Assembly: GCA_009103225.1 (NCBI GenBank)
Contig: RHPI01001946.1
Location: 1-64,000 of the forward strand
Origin: Chlorokybus atmophyticus
Taxonomy: Eukaryota > Plantae > Mesostigma and Chlorokybus algae
DNA: 64,000 bases
Direction: 5' to 3'
A program made the translations under genes and the position numbers. Positions 55,307 through 64,000 of this stretch are shown piece after piece. Every line of letters begins with the position of its first letter. The stretch's first letter is position 1. A model generated the notes under the pieces. It had not been told where the DNA came from, did not search any database, and was given only the letters and a program-made list of their open reading frames with translations.

Positions 55307-58300
55307 TCAATTGCACATCTGCGTCCTGAGCTCATGCAAACACTTGCTCAGCCTATCAAGGAACAATTCCACTTCTTGCTTTGTGGTCCCAATCGCTGCC
55401 GCAGCCGTAAGATACGACACAGGATACCTACCAGTATACAGGCTGATCATAAAACAAGCAACAACAACAATACCAACCACCACTACCGAAAAAACTCAAT
55501 ACACACCTGTCATGTGAAGCACCAAAGCCTTGGAGTTTCATGCCGCAGACGGTTTTGTTCTCACCTTGCGCGATGACACGTGTCCCGGACACATTCCTGT
55601 CCAAGAGAAAACAGGTGAGTCTACCACTCGTCACTCACACAGCATCAAGTACATGTACAGTGATACATCCATCACCGTTACCTTGAGAATAGCATTGATC
55701 CCAGCATTGTCAACGCCTTGGGTGATGAGGGTGCTTCATGTTCTGATGATGAGGAAACACTAGGCGCATTGTTCTCTGCTTGGTTGCTGCCTTCGCAACA
55801 AACATGCAAACGCTCTGTACCAGTCTCTTCGCCTTTGTTGTCATTGGCCTGAACAGAGTGTGCTGTAAGCAAGTGGAGCTGCGCTTGCCAAAGAGCCAAT
55901 GTTCATGCACACTTATGCACACGCGCGCACATACACAGAATGGCGGGTACAAGGTAGATCAGCAACACTCAAGAGAAAGGCCGACCCAACAGCATGCAAG
56001 CAACACACCTTGCCAGTCGCACCACTTGAACAGGTAGTGGTATGTCTCAAGGAGACAGTCATTGCCAGTGAGATTGGGTTGCCGGGTGTTTCCAGCACGC
56101 GCTCACCTGCACGCATGTGCGTTTTGCACATTGCGACTAGTAGTCGCACTGCCAACCTACAACATGGCATGCAACACACGGCTGTGTCGTCTGTGACCAG
56201 TTGTACGAACACAAACATGCACAACGGACAGCAGCTGCTGTTGTTGTTGCAAGCACATTGACTGAAGCAGGTTTGGCAACATGTACACACTGTGACATAC
56301 ACACACGTGCATGCGTGCGCACACATGGGCAAACATTCTGCCACACACGCACGCACACAAACAACGCATTGTCACCATGCACAGGCAAACTAAGCAGGTC
56401 ATGGTTGAAATGAACGAACCATATTGCCGCGCAACCTCACTCATCTTCGTCTTCATGTACACGTAGAGCTCCTCACGCTCTTCAAGCAGCCGCAAAAAGC
56501 CTGACAGACACTTACAAGTTGGTTACACGCTTGACACTGTTAAGCTTCTGCACTGTTGGTTTGCCGATGTTGAGATGAAGCAGGCAAGACAAACTGATGG
56601 CATCTACCCACAATATGACCAAGAATCAGTGTATGCTCATGACATGTTAGCATGCATGATGCAATGCGTGCTAATGGAAGGGGTTGCTGTTGGCGCACGC
56701 TTACCTGTTTTGCCCATTGACAGCAGCGTTATAAAAAGATCCAACAGCGGCGAGCTTGACGCACGGCCTAACAGCAGCATCAACACTGATGCTCAACAAC
56801 TGTGCGCGCACATGTAGTTTGTGCTTCTTGCGCCAACTGTGCGTGTGTGCGTGTACGCGCGCTGCAATAAGTGTGGAAATCTTGCATCATAACAACACCA
56901 CTCTCACCCGGATAAAGCTCATTGACTCGAGGCACAAGCGCGTGGCTTTTCTTCCCCTCAATCACAATCGAACCGCCAACCTGTACCAAACATCAACAGT
57001 CAACATTCCTACCAGCTCGTTACCTATAAGATGCAAAGTATGTACACAAGCAGGACCTTACAGGCACCATGAAGTTCTTGTCCGTGCTTTGAACCACCGC
57101 ATCTACGCGGCCCCGACGCCACGCCGCTGTTATCAACTTGCAAAGCTCCCGGGACTGGCACACAATGGATGTTGAACATGTTATACATGTTATACATTAC
57201 TGCTCGGATGAGTCGTTTGTACAACTGGTTGCAGGGCTGGCTACTTGAATGTGTTGAAGCGCTGGACCATATGAGAGAAGCAGCCACTCGATGAGCACTT
57301 GCTATGTTGTGTGTTATGTTAGTTGCTTAACGGATTGGCTTGTTGATCAAGCCGCACGCAGGTTGCATTGACCAATAACTTGATATTGATGAAGATTGAC
57401 ACACCTGCACGCCATATGCATTGTTGATGACGTGGGCAACTCCTGCCTTGCTGCACAGCTTGGCCACTTCAATCACACTGCAATGGGTAACAGCCGTGAG
57501 CCATACTCATCATTTGCATGAAGTTGATGGTGTGTTGCAACCAGCTGGCATGCATGCGTGCCTGTCGGCAGCGCGCGGAGTGAAGCAACTTGTTGTCGTG
57601 AGCATGCAAAGCACGTTCTCGGCGCCAACACGGGTCAATTCTGCTTCAACCCTGGCCAAGTCAGTGCGGAGCTGGTCGCCCTCGATGATGTTGGGGACCA
57701 CCTGGGCTAAGTGACACATACAATGCGACGAAGAGTGATGAGACAATATTGGGTCTGGATAGTAGATGCTTATGCGCGTAACATACCAGAAGCTCCAAGC
57801 CTGCGGCTGCCACACATTTTATGCAGGTCTTCTGGTCGATGCGCGGCCATAGCACATACCTGCGCAGACCAATATAAGCATGACTAACACACCAGTGCCA
57901 CCGGCATTTGCACTGTGAACACGCAGCAACAATAAACACGTGTACATAAGAGCTCACGTGTAGCACATGCAAGCGTACTTGCCCGTGCACACGCATGCAG
58001 GCAGGACTGTACGCATGAACGCATATACCAACGTGTGCACACGCACTCGCACACACATCCATCTAAGCCATGTACAAAAGTACCTTGGAGCTGGCCGTAG
58101 CTGTTTCAGTGCAAGCAAGCAGAGTGTTATCGCCATGCCGGTTGCCACGGGCAGCACGGTCACGCTGCCAATATCTGTAACGCACATGACAGAGTATGAC
58201 AAATTGTCAATGTTTGCATGGTTTGCTGTTGATATATGATTGTTGTATTACCACCAAAGCCGGCCGTCGTCAAAGCATCTTGCGCCAACAGGTTGCATAG

Positions 58301-59623
58301 CTTGGCCATGAGCGTGGAGCCTGCAGCCTGTGGCATGCATGAACAGCGTCAAAAACTCCTGCAAGTGAGTGTTACCAACAGCTCATGAGCAACACCAACT
58401 GTGCACTTCATCACTGAGACGCTGTGGCATGCATGGAAGCATGTTGGCTCGTTTATACATATATGTGCGTGCGCGCATGCATTTGCCCACGTGCATGTGT
58501 GCGCCCTTACGTGCGTGCCAGCGTGTGTGTGTGTGCACGCGCGTGCACACACACACACACGTGGGCGCATGCGTATGTGCGTATATGCGGATTGTGCGTG
58601 TGTGCATACACATGCTGGCGTGCACGCACGCATGCACATGTGTGCTGTTGCGCACAACATGCATACACACGCATACAGTAGATGGCGTACACCAACACAT
58701 GCTCTAGGTGTATATGCTGTACTTGCCTTTGGCTGGTCCTCTGTGATGTTGCCGGAGCGTCCGATGCCGTGCGCCATGCCATGGTGCCGCCGCAACACCA
58801 GCGCGCTGTACACGCGGGCCTCGCGCTCCCCGACACCCGCGCTGCCAGGAAAGTTGTTGCTGTCCATCGCCGCCAACTCCTGCCGCGCAACAATAACAAC
58901 ATCAACATCAACAAGGCACAAGCGTCAAAGGATGACAACAGCAAAGACAGCAGCAGCAGCATTGCCCCCCCACCCCACCTCACCACCACCACCACCAGCA
59001 CAACAACAACAACAACAACAGCATTGCCTTCCCGGGTTGAGCACATTGTTGTGCTCGCAGTGTGGGTACATTACATTGTGAGTATGAAATACTCAACAGC
59101 ATGCACACTCTCCTACAAGCCACTTGCATTGGCATGTAACAGCATGCACACTCTTTTGGATTAGCTGGCATGAACCAGATTGTACATGCTGTTCTCAACA
59201 GACATATACTCACAAACAGACGGTGCTGACGTTGTGTAACCTGCTCACAACCTGACTACTAGCTTCAATGCCAGCTTGCAAGTAAGCATGTTGTAGGATT
59301 GTGAATGAAAGCTAAGGCAATCTGCGCAGTGGCTGCTTGCCTGCAGGAGAATCTCAATGGTGTGATCGTCCCAGCCAGTCTGGGGCATGCGCCTGTTGGC
59401 CAGCAGAGCTTTCACCTGCACGACGACAACGACAATGAATAACAATAACCTCAATCACGACAACAACGAGGACGACGATGACCACCTTGTTGATCTGCTG
59501 GTGCACCACAGCAGCTTGCACACTCACCAGCGCCCGGCGCTTGCCAAGGCCGGCCGCGGCGCCCTGGCGGATGTACGCGGGGTTCACGAGGCCCTCCGCC
59601 AGCGCCAGGCTAGCCGAGTCCAT
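55307..59623 (-). CDS. SEPSECS: O-phosphoseryl-tRNA(Sec) selenium transferase (selenocysteine synthase), multi-exon
   Basis: Motifs [34 protein letters not shown]|[65 protein letters not shown]|VGGSIV, LYP|[33 protein letters not shown]; stop at 55307. Confidence 0.96.
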
Positions 59624-59868
59624 GGCCGGCGACGTCGACAATGGCAAACACGGCGGCAGACTGCTCCTCCACCGCCGCCGCCCCTCAAGGCGACAACTTT
59701 GTGAGCAGCGTTGGCTGAATGCTCAAGCAGGCATGATGATGAATTGCGAGTACCAGCACCACAACGGCGACAAGTTTAGGGATGGACAAGATTAGGGATG
59801 TGGCCTAGGTTGTGGCCTCCCTCCAAACATTGCCACACCAGCTCTAACCTCTGTCATTGTGAGTCTCA

Positions 59869-59900
<32 letters not shown>

Positions 59901-60722
59901 CAGATAGCGCACTTGATGAGGAAGGTTCATCTAGGGAGGCCCCGGGTGTGTAACATATATGCAATGTTATGCATATATGTAGGCAGAGTAGTAGTGTAAG
60001 TGAAGCGGTCCATGATCTTTGTGCTGTGGTGAGCACACAAGAATTGGCATACTTGTGTCCATGATCTTTGTGGTGTCAAGTGTCAAATACCTTGCATTGT
60101 TTGTACATGATGCTCCAGTCTTGTTGCGTTACTCGCACCTTCATGCCTGCCCATGGAAATTAAGTGTTGTCCTGCATGAACGTATGTGCACAATCAGCAT
60201 CGAAGAGTGAGTGTTGCGCACTTTCGCCATGCAGGCATGCATGACTGCTGGTGCACACAACAAAGGGACCACGTAGACAGGCATACGGCTCACACTTGAT
60301 ACAATCTGTTGCCACCAGAACCATACTACGGGTCGAGGTTGATTGTCAACCGATTGCAAAGGTGTTTACACAACACAACAACTCATAGATGAGGGGGCTC
60401 AATATGTGCAGCCCCTCTTTGTGACCCCCAACACAACAATCAATGCCAACACACCAAAAAGCTGCACAGACAAAGGAGACTTGCTGTCCAACCTTGTGAG
60501 GCTGTGTGCAACTCGGCCACGACTGAGCAAAGCGTACAGCCGCGCTGCTATTTACATTAGTTCAATGTTAGCTTCTTCGCTAATAGCAACTCATCCAATC
60601 TAGGAGTGCTAGTAGTACAATGCGACACCTCGCGGCCAGAGCGCAAGCAGCCGCGCGTGCACCGGGACTTTGTACATAGTGCGCATCCGCAACCACGCAA
60701 ACAAGATGCTTGAAACCCCCTC

Positions 60723-63690
<2,968 letters not shown>

Positions 63691-64000
63691 AGTTAGTCCA
63701 GTAAGTAACCAAGCGTGCAACTCCTTGCAACCACTCACACAGGTGCTGAAATCGAGCACATACACCAACGTAACTGGCCTGGTTTTACCATTTGAGTGGT
63801 GATTTGTTGCAAGAGAAACATCCTACTTCTAAGGGATCGCCACCCCTGTAATTCAATCTAACTTTATGCAACATGGAGATAGAACGCGCCACGTCCAGAA
63901 GGCAATGTTGGAATGCAGCTTCCAACTTTACTGCCTGGACTGGGAGGTCACCATACAGCCGAGTTATTTGCGTTTGGCCATGCAGTCGCCTCGGAACGGC

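Overview
Eukaryotic, intron-rich nuclear DNA from a green-lineage organism. Plant-type orthologues (transportin-1, PP4R3, Rab GGTase alpha, FtsHi3, DHHC PAT15/16-like) together with a selenocysteine synthase gene suggest a green alga, possibly an early-diverging streptophyte (inference). I could reconstruct 12 spliced protein-coding genes by joining exons by eye: eIF4G (runs off the left edge), a DHHC S-acyltransferase, transportin-1, PP4R3/SMEK, Rab GGTase alpha, a GDT1/TMEM165 transporter, MCCase alpha, an uncharacterised Tat-targeted thylakoid protein, two head-to-head paralogous secreted proteins, SepSecS and a protease-less FtsHi3-like AAA ATPase. Also present are decayed Penelope-like (Naiad/Chlamys-type) retroelements, very long intronic microsatellites and two short assembly gaps. 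No rRNA, tRNA or CRISPR array was recognised. The most notable items are: (1) the divergent paralogue pair, which resembles ascomycete UVI-1-type proteins (candidate fungus-to-alga transfer); (2) a 62-nt block in their 5'UTR introns that differs at only 4 positions and can fold as a hairpin; (3) an apparent GA-AG intron in MCCase. Family assignments come from remembered motifs, not database searches. Coordinates were counted by hand and may be off by a few bases.
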